A DNA stretch of 64,000 nt from Macrostomum lignano (lineage: Eukaryota), in the NCBI GenBank assembly GCA_002269645.1, contig NIVC01001893.1, forward strand, positions 59,070 to 123,069, read 5' to 3'. Below are positions 12,634 through 25,068 of the stretch, piece after piece. Positions within the stretch are counted from its first letter, which is position 1; each line of letters opens with the position of its first letter. The position numbers and the translations under genes were made by a program. Under the pieces are notes generated by a model that did no database searches, had not been told where the DNA came from, and saw only the letters and a program-made list of their open reading frames with translations.

Positions 12634-12932
12634 CATACATGCGCAACCTCCAAAATTCGGTCGGCCATGCGACTTAGTTTTAACAAAAATGCGACGTAGT
12701 TTTTGGCCAAAAATGCGACTTAGATGTAAAAAACCCTAAAAAGCAAAATTAACGCAACTTTGGGTAAACGGTAGGAGTAACTATGACTGTATTATTAGGT
12801 CAAAATGCCTCGTCAGCTACTTAGTACTACTACTTGGTTATTTTTTTGGGTGGGCATTTTTGCGACTTCCTTGGTTGGCCGCCAAATCGGTCGGCCGGAC
12901 CGGCCGACTCGGCCGACTGTTGCGCATGTATG
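12634..12932 (+). mobile_element. hAT-type MITE carrying a 28S rRNA-like segment (copy 2)
   Basis: 14-bp TIR CATACATGCGCAAC / GTTGCGCATGTATG; exact 8-bp TSD ATTTCTGT (12626-12633 and 12933-12940); subterminal TGCGAC and CGGCC repeats. Confidence 0.9.
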
Positions 12933-13131
12933 ATTTCTGTATTCCATTTGACTAATTTATAGACTTGCAGTGACCCCCCAGCTCGAGGGACAGATAGTTT
13001 ACTACTAAGGGTTCAGAATTCGTGGAAAATTCTGTATTTGAATTGGCGCGTGTGCATATGACGCGTGACAGAATTTCTCTTATCTCTCTTAACTGGAACT
13101 GGAATGAGCCCCTCCCCTCCGTGCTGTGGGG

Positions 13132-13345
13132 TATAAATAGAGGCTTGTAAATCGCGCCGGACCATTTTGTCTCGTCCTGCCCAGTTCTTAAGTCTCCAGT
13201 TTGCACTGCACTGGCCTGCATATACATAGTTGTGTCCTCTCTTTATCTGCCATAATCTCAGTTAGAATCTTGAACTGTTGCTGCCACCAGTGAAGCCGCC
13301 AGTTCTTTAATAATAATTTCCGGTCGGTTTGGAAAAATAAAACAG
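13132..13345 (+). promoter_or_regulatory. Candidate TATA promoter and non-coding first exon of ADK
   Basis: TATAAATA at 13132-13139, donor AG|GTAACC at 13346, and acceptor TTATTTCAG ending at 13454 just before the ATG at 13478. Motif-only evidence. Confidence 0.4.
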
Positions 13346-13477
13346 GTAACCATGCATATTATTGTTTAATTTAGTAAAATAAAATCTGCTTTAATTTGCT
13401 TATATTTTTACTTTCAGTAGCATTTTTAGTCAGCTCTTTTTTTGCTTATTTCAGCTAAAAGCAATCAAACTGAAGAT

Positions 13478-16128
13478 ATGTCAACTACCGGAGCTCGCGA
13501 AGGTCTCGTATTGGGCATGGGCAATCCTTTGCTAGACTTGGCCAATACAATTGATGCCGCCTATTTAGCCAAATACAATCTCAAACCGAACGACGCTATC
13601 CTAGCCGGCCCGGAGCACGCTCAGATATTCGACGATCTTATTGGCCGGCCGGACACTCAGTATATTCCCGGCGGCGCTACCCAGAATGCCATCCGTGTGG
13701 CCCAGTGGCTGCTGCGTACGCCTAAAGCTACCAGCATGTTCGGCTGCGTCAGGCTTGACGATGACATTGGCAAGCGGCTGCGGGACTGCATGGAGACTGC
13801 CGGAGTGCGGCCGGCGTATCAGTGCCTGCCGAACTCCGAGCCCACTGGACGGTGAGCTGCGCGCTGTCTGTCACTTTCTTGTGTCTTTTGTCTGTCACTT
13901 TCCTGTCTTTTGTCTGTCAATTTCTTGTGTCTTTTGCCTATCACTCTCTTGTGTCTTTTGTCTGTCACTTTTTTGTGTCTTGCCTATCACTCTCTTGTGT
14001 ATTTTGTCTATCACTCTCTTGTGTCTTTTGTCTGTCACATTCTTGTGTCTTTTGTCTGTCACTTTCTTGTGTCTTGCCTATCACTCTCTTGTGTATTTTG
14101 CCTATCACTCTCTTGTGTCTTTTGTCTATCACTCTCTTGTGTCTTTTGTCTGTCACATTCTTGTGTCTTTAGTCTGTCACTTTCTTGAGTCTTTTGTCTG
14201 TCACTTTATTGAGTCTTTTGTCTGTCACTTTATTGAGTCTTTTGTCTGTCACTTTATTGAGTCTTTTGTCTGTCACTTTATTGAGTCTTTTGTCTGTCAC
14301 TTTATTGAGTCTTTTGTCTGTCACTTTATTGAGTCTTTTGTCTGTCACTTTCTCGAGTCTTTTGTCTGTCACTTTATTGAGTCTTTTGTCTGTCGCTCTT
14401 TTGTGTCATTTGTCTGTCACTCTTCCGCGTCTTTTGTATATCACTCTTGTGTCTGTCTGTCACTCACTTGTGTCTTTTGTTTGGCAATCTTCTTTGTCTT
14501 GCCTATATCTGTCAATCTGTCATTCAGTTTTATCTCCAGTCCGTGACTACTATATCTGTCTGTCCGTCTGTTCATTACTTCTATTTATCACTGTGCTGGG
14601 TCTGTCACACTCCGCATTTTTCATTGAACTCCAGCTGTGCCGTGCTGATCTCCGGCGAGGACCGCAGCCTGGTCACCCAGCTGGGCAGCGCTGGCCAGTT
14701 CACCGAGGCGCACTTGGACGATCCCACCAACTGGGCCATCGTTGAGGCTGCTCAGTTCTACTACGTGGCCGGATTCTTTCTCACAGTGTGCCCGCCTGCT
14801 CTGATGCGCATCGCTGAGCACTCGCTGGCAGCCGGTAAAACTCTTATGATGAACCTGTCCGCGCCCTTCATCTGCCAGTTCTTCAAGGAGCCGCTGCTGG
14901 CCGCTATGCCCTATGTTGACGTGCTGTTTGGCAATGAGACCGAGGCTGAGACCTACGCTAAGTGAGTTGCCACCTGCGGGTCTGCGGACAATTGACTGCC
15001 TACTAGTTGACTACCAAACCTAAAACCTAACCTAAACCATAACCATTAATCTGACCTAAACCATAAACCTAACCTAAACCATAGCCATAAATCTGACCTA
15101 AGCAATAACCATAAACCTAACCTAAACCATAACCATAACCTAAACCATAACCATAAACCTAACCTAAACAATAACCATAAACCTAACCTAAACCATAACC
15201 TAACCTTAACCATAACCATTATTCTGACCATAACCATAACCTAACCTAAACCATAAACCTAACCTAAACAATAACCATAAACCTAAACCATGACCATAAC
15301 CTAGCCTTAACCATAACCATAACCTAACCTAAACCATAACCATAAACCTAACCTAAACCATAACCATAACCTAACCTAAACCATAACCATAATCCTAACC
15401 TAAACCATAACCATAAACCTAACCTAAACAATAACCATAAACCTAACCTAAACCATAACCATAAACCTAACCTAAACAATGACCATAAATCTAACCTAAA
15501 ACCTAACCCTTAACCCAGGCTGAACCCTATCCTAAAACTAAACCCGAAACCTGAAACCCAATCCAAACATAATACAAACTCTAAAACAACTCAGTAGCAA
15601 CTCTGAGGCGTCTCTTGTGACCTTTTTACCGTTTTCATCGGGATATAATATTATTACTCTAGACTATTCGTAAATATGTTTCCCTTCTTCTCATAGGGAG
15701 ATTGTTTTTAATATCCCCTAATCCCATCTGTCATTCTTTAACCTACCAGGGAGGCCGGTCTGCCCAACCCCTCTGACGCCCGCTCCGTAGCCGTCGCCCT
15801 GGCCGCCATGCCGCTGAAGCCCAGGCCAAGCGGCGGCGACTCGGCACCCCGCAGCCGGCTGGTGCTCATCACCCAGGGCAAGGGTCCCGTGGTGGCCGCC
15901 AGGTCCGACGGCTCTGTGACCGAGTTCCCGGTGCGCCAGCTGGCTCCGCACGAGCTGGTTGACACCAACGGCGCCGGGGACGCCTTCGCTGGCGGATTCA
16001 TTGCCCAGTACGCTCTCGGCAAACCGTTAGAGGTGTGCATCGATTGCGCAATCAAGGCTGCGCATTGCATTATTGGCCAGTCCAGCTGCACAATGCCCAG
16101 CGATCCGGCCAAGGCTATTGGCTATTGA
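13478..16128 (+). CDS. ADK: Adenosine kinase; exons 13478-13851, 14635-14961, 15750-16128
   Basis: GMGNPLLD, PGGATQNAIRVAQW, NLSAPFICQFFK..LFGNETEA and DTNGAGDAFAGGF (PfkB anion hole). Phase-2 junctions are consistent. Confidence 0.97.
13862..14480. repeat. 24-bp minisatellite (TGTCTGTCACTTTCTTGTGTCTTT) in ADK intron 1
   Basis: ~25 tandem copies starting ~10 nt after the donor. Confidence 0.93.
15015..15560. repeat. AACCT/AACCAT-rich degenerate minisatellite in ADK intron 2
   Basis: Tandem AACCTAAACCATAACCATA-type units. Confidence 0.9.
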
Positions 16129-16184
16129 TGCGGCTGATGTACTGTTTGACTGATTACCTGTTCGCTTGGGCAGTTTGTTTGTTG

Positions 16185-16500
16185 ATCGGTGGTTGATTGA
16201 TTGGTCAGTTGATTGATTGGTCAGTCGATTGATTGGTCAGTCGATTGATTGGTTGGTCAGTTGATTGATTGATTGGTCAGTCAATTGATTGATTGGTCAG
16301 TCAATTGATTGATTGGTCAGTCAATTGATTGATTGGGTCAGTCAATTGATTGATTGGTCAGTCAATTGATTGATTGGTCAGTCAATTGATTGATTGGTCA
16401 GTCGATTGATTGGTCAGTCGATTGATTGGTCAGTCGATTGATTGGTTGGTCAGTTGATTGATTGATTGGTCAGTTGATTGAATAATTGGTCAGTTGATGG
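16185..16500. repeat. GATTGATTGGTCAGTC-type repeat downstream of the ADK stop
   Basis: 16-20 bp tandem units. Confidence 0.9.
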
Positions 16501-17112
16501 ATTAATCTTTTAATTAATATTCGCTATATTTAGTCCCAGTTGACAAAAATGATCGAACATTGTTTTCGATTTTCACCAGTTTTTTGGTTATTGGATTTTT
16601 CCAATCGCTTTTGCTTCGGTGTATCGGTAGCTTTAATGGGAGATGAAAGATAGTAGATTGCAAAGTAGGGAATTGTCAGGATATTAATGCTTTTCAACCG
16701 TAAATAACTTCACTATTGATATTAATAAGGTTGAACATTGTTCAGCGGACAAAGTCAGAGCAAATTATGCGCATAATTATTTTTAATGGATATTGTTTTA
16801 ATGTTTCCTTAATGCGACAGCAATTCTATATCTAGCTGCTTGTTTCAGCTTTTTTGAAGGCCAAATTTTCAACAAAAAGTGCATATGCATGCTGTCTCAC
16901 TTGCTGTCTGACTTTGCATTGCCCTGGCCGCGGTTGGCAGTTAAATATAATTATTTAAACTAAACATCAAAGACTGACTTACGACTTTCCTGGTGATTGC
17001 TACAGCTACAGATTAGTAGTGCAATAAACAGAACTGCTTTTTGGATTAAATCAAGACAATGAGCGTTTCTAAGAAGGCTTACTGTTTTTTGCAGTGCTGT
17101 GCGATTGATATC

Positions 17113-17210
17113 TGGGAGGCTGGCCCAGCAACTGGGGAGCTGGGAGGCTGGCCCAGCAAATTGAAGATCTGAGTTGGCAGCTCAGCAACTGAGGATTCAG
17201 GAGGCCGCCA
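17113..17210. repeat. Degenerate 3-4 copy remnant of the 28-bp satellite
   Basis: CTGGGAGGCTGGCCCAGCAACTGGGGAGCTGGGAGGCTGGCCCAGC... Confidence 0.8.
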
Positions 17211-17624
17211 GGGCTTTGTTTTGTTAAAAAGCAAATGAAACGCGTGTTAGGATTTTTTCTCAGTAAAATTTCTTTTGTTAGCAAACATGCTGGACGGTTT
17301 GCAAGTTACATATATTTAGTCATGTATAGCAAATAGAATAGACCTAATTAAGACATGTTAGCAAGGATGTGGAAATACATAATAAATTAGGTTTTCAAGC
17401 ATATCTTGTGTAAAAAATAAAGGCTAAACGTGCAAAGCATTTGTAGATTTTTAATTAATTACATGTAAAGTGATAAAAATTGTGAGCAGCAAAACAAGCA
17501 CTCAAGGGTGGCGATTCGACAATCGAAATGCAGATTTTTACAAATTAAAAGCGGACTTGATTGTTTTAAATTGGATGGGTATCATTAGCTATTAGCCCGG
17601 ACGGCAGATGCTGAGGGGTGGATT

Positions 17625-17890
17625 TCATGTCTTATTAGTTGGGAGCGGAGGATGGGGAGGGTGTCATTTCTATCAGTCGGGGCGGCAAGTGCGGGGAATG
17701 AGGTGGCTGTCATTTCTTTTCAGTTGTTTGCGGAGGATGGGGAGGGTGTCATTTCTTATCAGTCGGGGCGGCAAATGCGGGGAATGAGGTGGCTGTCATT
17801 TCTAATCAGTTGTTCGCAGAGGATGGGGAAGGTGCCATTTCTCATCAGTTAGGCGCGGCAGGCGCGGAGACTGGGGTAGGATGTCATCTT
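17625..17890. repeat. ~86-bp higher-order repeat built from two ~43-bp subunits, ~3 copies
   Basis: GCGGAGGATGGGGAGGGTGTCATTTCTTATCAGTCGGGGCGGCAA alternates with TGCGGGGAATGAGGTGGCTGTCATTTCTAATCAGTTGTT. Confidence 0.8.
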
Positions 17891-17980
17891 TTAACAGCCA
17901 GGGCGGGAGATGGTCGCCTCGGTAAAGTTTACAAGAGACATGATATATTTACATGCAACTCAAAATCTCAATCAGCTGGC

Positions 17981-20900
17981 CTATTCCAAGTCGTCATCCA
18001 GCGCATCCTCGAGTCCGCGCGCCGCCGCCAGGCCCCGCTGCCTGGCGTACGGCAACAGTCGTTCGGCTCGGGTTGGGCCGCGAAACAACTGGCGCCGGCT
18101 AGCCTCGCTCAGTCGTCGACATTGTCGGCCAAGCCGGTGACGCGACACAAAGCCTGAGGCTGTAGATCGCTGCTGCTGCTGCTGCTCTTGCTGCTCCTGC
18201 TGGCAGTTGGCATTGGCCAATTCGACTAGTTCTTGTCGACGTTTAACAAAGGATTCGGTTTTTTGTGGAGCTTGTCGTTGCCGCTGGCGGTGTCGTCGAG
18301 CCAGCAGCCAAGTTCGAACGGCGCGTTGCAGTCGAACAGCGCTAGCCGATCTGTGCTGCGCCAGCTGTCTGTCTAACTCGGCCGCCTGTCCGGCAGTGAG
18401 GAACAGTTTGCCGCGGCCGAACTGTCGCCCGAATCGGACCGGCGGACAAGCCTTGCCGGCCAGTCGACCAGTCAAGATGCCGGCCGCTAGACGGCGCTGA
18501 TGATCGGCTGGCGAGGCGCCGGTTCGTCGACGAAGCAGTCGCTCCGGCGTGCGCGACGGCGTCGTTGGCAGATCGTTCTGCCGACGGTAAGCCAGTTCGA
18601 ATTCGGCCGGCGAAGGCGAGTTCAGGGGACGAGGATGAGGATCTCGCCGGGCCAGCATGAGGCAGCCGTAGCGAGTCAGGAATTCAGCGTAGGTCAGCCG
18701 CACCGGGTGCAGCCGCCGGGCCGCTCTGGTGGCGGGCAGCAGGCCGCAAGATTCCAATTGCTTGGCAACATCTTCATCCGACCAGCCGGCGCCAGTTTCC
18801 ATCATCATATCGAATCGAACCAAGGACGGTCGCAGACAACGAATCCACAGCGGCCGAGTGGATCGCAATCGATCTATTAGTCTGGCTAGATCTTGACGAA
18901 ATTTAGCGGATACGCCGGCCACAACAGAGCTACTAACAGTGGCATTGCTAGCGGAATCATTTAAAATTTCTCTCAGCATCAGCGATTGAGTCTGTTCTCT
19001 AAGCAGACTGACCAGCTCTGGCGGGCACCTGTCGCGATTGTGCGCCGGAAACTGCTGGATGGAATAAGCGACTTTGCCGGCGAAATGGCGAATAGAGAAG
19101 TCGCCGTTGCTGCTGCTGCAGTTCAAGCGGTCAGCCAACTGTCTGTCTGGCCGGTTAAGCCTGCACAGCTCCTCGAGCGCTGTGAGGCATCTCTCCGCCT
19201 GGCCGATAGCTTCAGTCACGACTGACAGCTCGACTAGACTGTTAGCGCTATCTAGTGAATTGAATTCGTCCTCTACTGGATCGATATCGCCTTCCCAGGG
19301 CAGTCGTTCGGCTGTGTACTCTTGTTTAGCGGCCAATACGAAATGATTCAAATAGAACTGTTGCAAACGTTCGTTGGCGAAGTTTATGAGTAGCTGGTCC
19401 AGGCCTGTGCGCAAAGGGAATGTGTTCTGTTTTTTTATCCGTTCTTATTCAAATAGGAAGTTTTGTAACAAGGCAAATCAAGGTCATTAAAAACCATTTC
19501 TGGAGCCCAAATTTTTGGCACTATAGACTCGCATACTTTGGGGCCTTAAACACGGCCTAATTTGGCACAACAGAATCGTGTAGTTGGTAACATAGACTTA
19601 TCTAGTTTGGCGCCCTAGAATCGTCTAGTTTGGCGCCTCAGAATCGTCTAGTTTGGCGCCCTAGAATCGTCTAGTTTGGCGCCTCAGAATCGTCTAGTTT
19701 GGCGCCCTAGAATCGTCTAGTTTGTCGCCTTAGAATCGTCTAGTTTGGCGCCCTAGAATCGTCTAGTTTGTCGCCTTAGAATCGTCTAGTTTGGCGCCCT
19801 AGAATCGTCTAGTTTGGCGCCCTAGAATCGTCTAGTTTGGCGCCTCAGAATCGTCTAGTTTGGCGCCCTAGAATCGTCTAGTTTGTCGCCTTAGAATCGT
19901 CTAGTTTGTCGCCTTAGAATCGTCTAATTTGGCGCCCTAGAATCGTCTAGTTTGGCGCCATAGACTCATTTAGTTTGGCACCATAGACTCATCTAGTTTG
20001 GCACCATAGACTTATCTAGTTTGGCACCATAGACTCATCTAGTTTGGCACCATAGACTCATCTAGTTTGGCACCATAGACTCATCTAGTTTGGCACCATA
20101 GACTCATCTAGTTTGGCACCATAGACTCATCTAGTTTGGCACCATAGACTCATCTAGTTTGGCACCATAGACTCATCTAGTTTGGCACCATAGACTCATC
20201 TAGTTTGGCACCATAGACTCATCTAGTTTGGCACCATAGACTCATCTAGTTTGGCACCATAGACTCATCTAGTTTGGCACCATAGACTCATCTAGTTTGG
20301 CACCATAGACTCATCTAGTTTGGCACCATAGACTCATCTAGTTTGGCACCATAGACTCATCTAGTTTGGCACCATAGACTCATCTAGTTTGGCACCATAG
20401 ACTCATCTAGTTTGGCACCATAGACTCATCTAGTTTGGCACCATACACTTATCTAATTTGGCGCCCTAGACTCAACTAGTTTGGCGCCCTAGAATTGGTT
20501 GTTTTTTCACCCTAGAATCAAACTTGTATTTCTACGAAGTCACTGCTCTTTCTATACGTAGACCATCAGTCTGAAACCAAGGTAACTTCACGTTTAATGT
20601 AATTAAGGAAATTAAAACAATAGACAGCTTATTCTCCCTTACCATTTCTTCCAAGAAAATTCTCGAATCCGTACAGATCGAGAATGCCAATAGTGCTACT
20701 AGCAGTAGCATCATTAGCATCGCCAGCCTGAATGCACCGATTAATCCGACCAACTAAATAAGCGAACAGGCTGCCGTAGAGAAATCTGCAGACAGCGTCG
20801 CGTCTTCCAGCGCACTCGCGAATAGTGCAAGCTCGAACAAACACCGAGCCTCGACCGGACTCGATTCGAGCGCCGGCCAGACAGGCTAGCAACTGGCCAG

Positions 20901-23557
20901 CTTCGCTCAGGCCCAAACCCGAGCACGCGGCCGCCTCCGCGTCAGCAAACGATTCCGACAGAAATTCGGCTGGGGAATTCTCGTCTAGCTTGTCGCTAAT
21001 AGAATCTCGCGCACCTGAGCTAGTAGTAATTGGCAGCCTGGCTAATAGTAGGATGCCAGCTAACAGTCTGGCGACTTCCCTACTAGCCGTGGCAGCCGAT
21101 AGAAATCTATTTAACAGCGGCGCCACTTTGGTCCAGCTGTGACTGGGCGACAGGGGCCTGTGGCCGCTATGAAGGCCAGGATCGACTATTAACGATAGGC
21201 GCTTATCAAGATTTTCATCGTTTAAATCGGCGCGAAAATCGGTGTCATATAGGCAGCAGAGCAGCGAGTGAAATGGTCGGTCGCGCCAATGCTGGAGCTG
21301 CTGCTGCTGACTGGCATCGGCACAGGGCTGGAGGGCGCGGCCGCGTTCCAGCAGGAGTACGCGGATTTGCCCGCCAAGGAGGCGGCCCTGGCTGACCAGT
21401 GGGGGGGGGGGATTATTGAGCAGTCACTGACTCGCACAGGGCAACCTCTCTTCTTATTTCCTATATTTGACTAACTCTTAATCTCACTCTCTGGATCTAA
21501 TTGTCAATATATAATCTCATCCCCTAGATCCTACTGTCAATCTCTAATCTCATCCCCTAGATCCTACTGTCAATCTCTAATCTCACCCTTATATTCGGGT
21601 AGATTTTACTGTAACTCTCTAATCTCACCCTTATAGATCCTACTGTCAAGATCTAATCTCATCCGTATAAATCCTACTGTCAAAATCTAATGTCAACCTT
21701 ATAGATCCTACTGTCAAGATCTAATCTCACCCTTATAGATCCTTTCTAATCTCACCTTTATAGATCCTACTGTAAATCTCTAATCTCACCCTTATAGATC
21801 CTACTGTCAAGCTCTAATCTCACCCTTATAGATCCTTTCTAATCTCACCTTTATAGATCCTACTGTCAAGCTCTAATCTCACCCTTATAGATCCTACTGT
21901 CAAGCTCTTTAATATTACTATCTAGATCTAGCTGCTAATTTCTAATCACACCTACTAGATTCAACTGTAAAGCTCTAATCTCACCCCTTACCCCTCTAGA
22001 TTTAACTGCGGATCTCCAATCTCATCCCCTAGATTTAACTACCGGTCTCTCACCTCATCCCTTTAATCTAACTGTAAAAATCTCATCGCATCCCCCCTTT
22101 TTGGCTGTGAGTTTGGCTGTGAGCAGCAAAATACTTCAAAAACGACAACTCACCGATTAAACCTGAGCTCCAGATGTCGCCCAAATCGCGACGAGTTTTC
22201 ATTCTCATCTGTGCAGGCATTGCCAAAGCATTCCAGCAAAGGATTGACAGCCTCGATAACCGATTCGATAGGTTCGGTCTGGCTGCAGTCCTGTTGACAG
22301 CTGAGGCTGCTACTGGCGTGGCTTAGGAATCGCAGCAGGTGCTTGCTGGACTCGGTCTAAAAATTGTTTGCATTCGAGCTTGAGTCCAGTTTTATCACCT
22401 TGAAATGTACTTTTATAGAGCGCCCTCAATGTTCCATTCTGAGCTGCTTTTGGTGCCTTTGATGTCCTTAATCTATTTTAAATAGCTAGCTAGACCATAT
22501 AGCGGGTTAATGAGTTCATCTTCTTAACGCTAGAAAATAAACAAATAAAATAAAATGACCAAACCTTTCCGGAACCGCTCACACCGGACACAATCAACGT
22601 TTGTGCATTAGTACCTTCGCCGGCGCAGCTTGATGTCGAACTATTAACTAGCAAATTATGATAGGCCACCGCTGCCAGGCCGTAGACGTGAGGTGGCTGC
22701 TTTGTCAGCAGAGACTGCAAATGTTTTTGTGTAAGTAGCATTTTTAGCTTATCTACTATACCTTACCCTTTCTACTATATTGTTGCATACTACTTTAGGT
22801 CTATTCACACTCACCCACTCTCCAACCACTAATCTCACCTCTGACCCTTTATCTACTCTCACCACAAATCTCTCCTCTCTTACTATTCCTCAACCAATTT
22901 CTCCTCTCGTCCAATATCTATCAATCAATCTCTCCTGTCGCCCTATATCTATCTATCAATCTCTCCTCTCACCCTCTACCTATCAACCAATCTCTAATCT
23001 CACCCTATATCTATCAATCAATCTCTCATCTCGCCCTATATCTATCAATCAATCGATCCTCTCGCCCTCTACCTATCAATCAATCTCTAATCTCACCCTA
23101 TATCTATCAATCTCTCTTCTCACACTATCTATCAATCAATCTCTTCTCTCACCCCACGTCACTCCAGCAACCCATGGCACCCCAACACAAACAGTCCCAG
23201 TCTACAGTCAGTAAACCAAACCCTAGCCCTGCTAACAAACCTGAGTTTGCGAAGCAGTCAAACAGTAGTTGAGCACAGACTCAGTATACAACTCTGGCAG
23301 AGGTTGACATGGATTGACAGCGACTAGAGTGTTGGCACCACACCAAGTGTAAATTTGAGAGCGAATGTAGCGACTATGCAGACTATGGCACACTATAAAA
23401 TGAATTATTTTTAAATATTAGATAATTCTTTGTGCTTTAAGTTACCATTAGTTATTACAAATTATAGTTCACTTTATTAATACTTACTGTTTTGACAGGA
23501 CTGAACACTCAGTTGACACAAATCATCAATGGATTCATCATTGGATGCTTCAGACAT
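17981..23557 (-). CDS. MYO19: Unconventional myosin, class XIX-like (~915 aa); exons 23557-23488, 23392-23241, 22714-22565, 22356-22154, 21391-20643, 19404-17981
   Basis: [96 protein letters not shown] and one IQ motif. GNACT, F.R.C...EC..RRD and CRLNRP match my recollection of MYO19. All six exons splice in frame. Confidence 0.85.
19600..20495. repeat. 23-bp minisatellite in two variant blocks in a MYO19 intron
   Basis: TAGTTTGGCGCCCTAGAATCGTC to ~19960, then TAGTTTGGCACCATAGACTCATC; ~39 copies in total. Confidence 0.95.
21480..22080. repeat. ~33-bp minisatellite (TCTAATCTCACCCTTATAGATCCTACTGTCAAG) in a MYO19 intron
   Basis: Degenerate tandem copies. Confidence 0.85.
22770..23150. repeat. 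CT-rich degenerate repeat (TATCTATCAATCAATCTCTC...) in a MYO19 intron
   Basis: Low-complexity tandem units. Confidence 0.75.
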
Positions 23558-24561
23558 GTTGACTTTTTATATTAAAGATGATAGCTACTTGTGAACCAAC
23601 TGAAAAGTGATAAAATAAAAAAAGATATATTTATATTTCACAATGAACTCAAGGCACAAAAAAGCTCTTAAAAAACAAATAGAAACTTCTATTCTAACAT
23701 GTAATTTATTTTTTTCTATTTTTGTTCCTATATACTTGTATATCTATAATAGCTATGTTTTTACATTTATTAATTACTTAAAAGGTGTATTTACATAATA
23801 AGATTCTATAATACAGATATTTTAATGCAAATTAATAGCAACTAGATAAAAGGTTGACAAACCACTCCATATATGACATAGAGCCCATGAAGCTTCTATA
23901 TTTAGCCCTTAGATCTTTTGAAATTTTATAAAAGCAGTCTAACCCACTTAAGGCATGTCTCTTTTCTCCCTTCTATATAGCAATAAGCAAAAATTTTATA
24001 TGCCAATCCTAGTTGGCTAGAAGAATCACCCCCATATTATCTAGGACTCAAGCAATATATATTTTTATAGGGCCTACCATGTGCATATAGTTTAGGTAAT
24101 AAGGGCTAAAGTTTAGATAAATTTATTTCTAGGTGTAGTCATTCTTCTGATATAAACAAATGAAAAGCTATTGATAAGTGATAGATTAAACTATTTTTGT
24201 CATTCTTAACTTTCTTACTACTATATCATAGTGAAAAATTATATTATTAGATTTAATATAAATAAGATAAGTAAATACAAAAATAAGTTAAAATATAAAG
24301 GAGTTGCAACTAGAGCTAAATAAGTTTTTTTGTTTGATTTTTGTTATAACTAAATGTGAATCATATATCTAACCTTCTAGATCTAATATAAGAAGTTTAA
24401 AAGGTAGGCCTAGGCTAGCATGTAGCCTATACATAGAAATAATAAGTTTATAATTATAATAAGCCTATCTAACTATAGGCTAGTTTAAATATAAAATTTA
24501 TTTAAAAGTTGAAATGAAGTGCTCTTTAGAACTAAAAGGCTTCAGTCTAAATTTCTTAAAT

Positions 24562-25068
24562 TAAGGATTGCAAAATCCCAGTTTTTTGCAATTCTAGGAT
24601 CCCAAGATTTAATCCTGGAATTAGGCCAATCATAGGATCAAAAAATACTGATTTTAAGCTTCTGGGATGAAATTTTAAGGCAAAATATGCACTAAATGTT
24701 TTTGTTTCCATTTTTAATTGTAAAAAAGTTAATGATATATTTGTAGATGAAAAACAGCATTATCTTGCGATATATTTAAGTAAGTAATATAAAATTACTA
24801 ATTAGTAGTAAAGAAGCAAATCAAATATCAAAATTTATATTGGAATAAATTTCACATTTAAATCTATAATGCTGGGTTTAGAAGGGTGCTATGTGACATG
24901 GGTCAATTTACAGAAATTAGCACAGTATAATAAACTAGTTGTGGGCACAATTATGTTTATAATATGATACTTTTTGTAAAAATAATAACAAACATTTGTC
25001 CCAATATTATATTCCGGACCCCAAAACTAGGATTTTGGGATCCCAGGATCCTGAGATTGCAATCCCTA
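24562..25068. mobile_element. hAT-type MITE (TAGGGATTGCAA family)
   Basis: Ends TAAGGATTGCAA / TTGCAATCCCTA; exact 8-bp TSD TCTTAAAT; subterminal GGGATCCC repeats. Confidence 0.88.

Noticed and set aside
12762-12825. Annotating the 28S-like segment as an rRNA gene
   Set aside because: Only ~65 nt, diverged at the centre and enclosed in a TIR/TSD-bounded element; reported as transposon cargo instead.
15015-15560. Possible interstitial telomeric repeat
   Set aside because: Units are AACCT/AACCAT mixtures; only isolated TAACCC hexamers occur, not a (TTAGGG)n tract.
17820-17850. Similarity of GGTGCCATTTCTCATCAG to the 29.1-kb repeat unit
   Set aside because: Single short match that could be chance.
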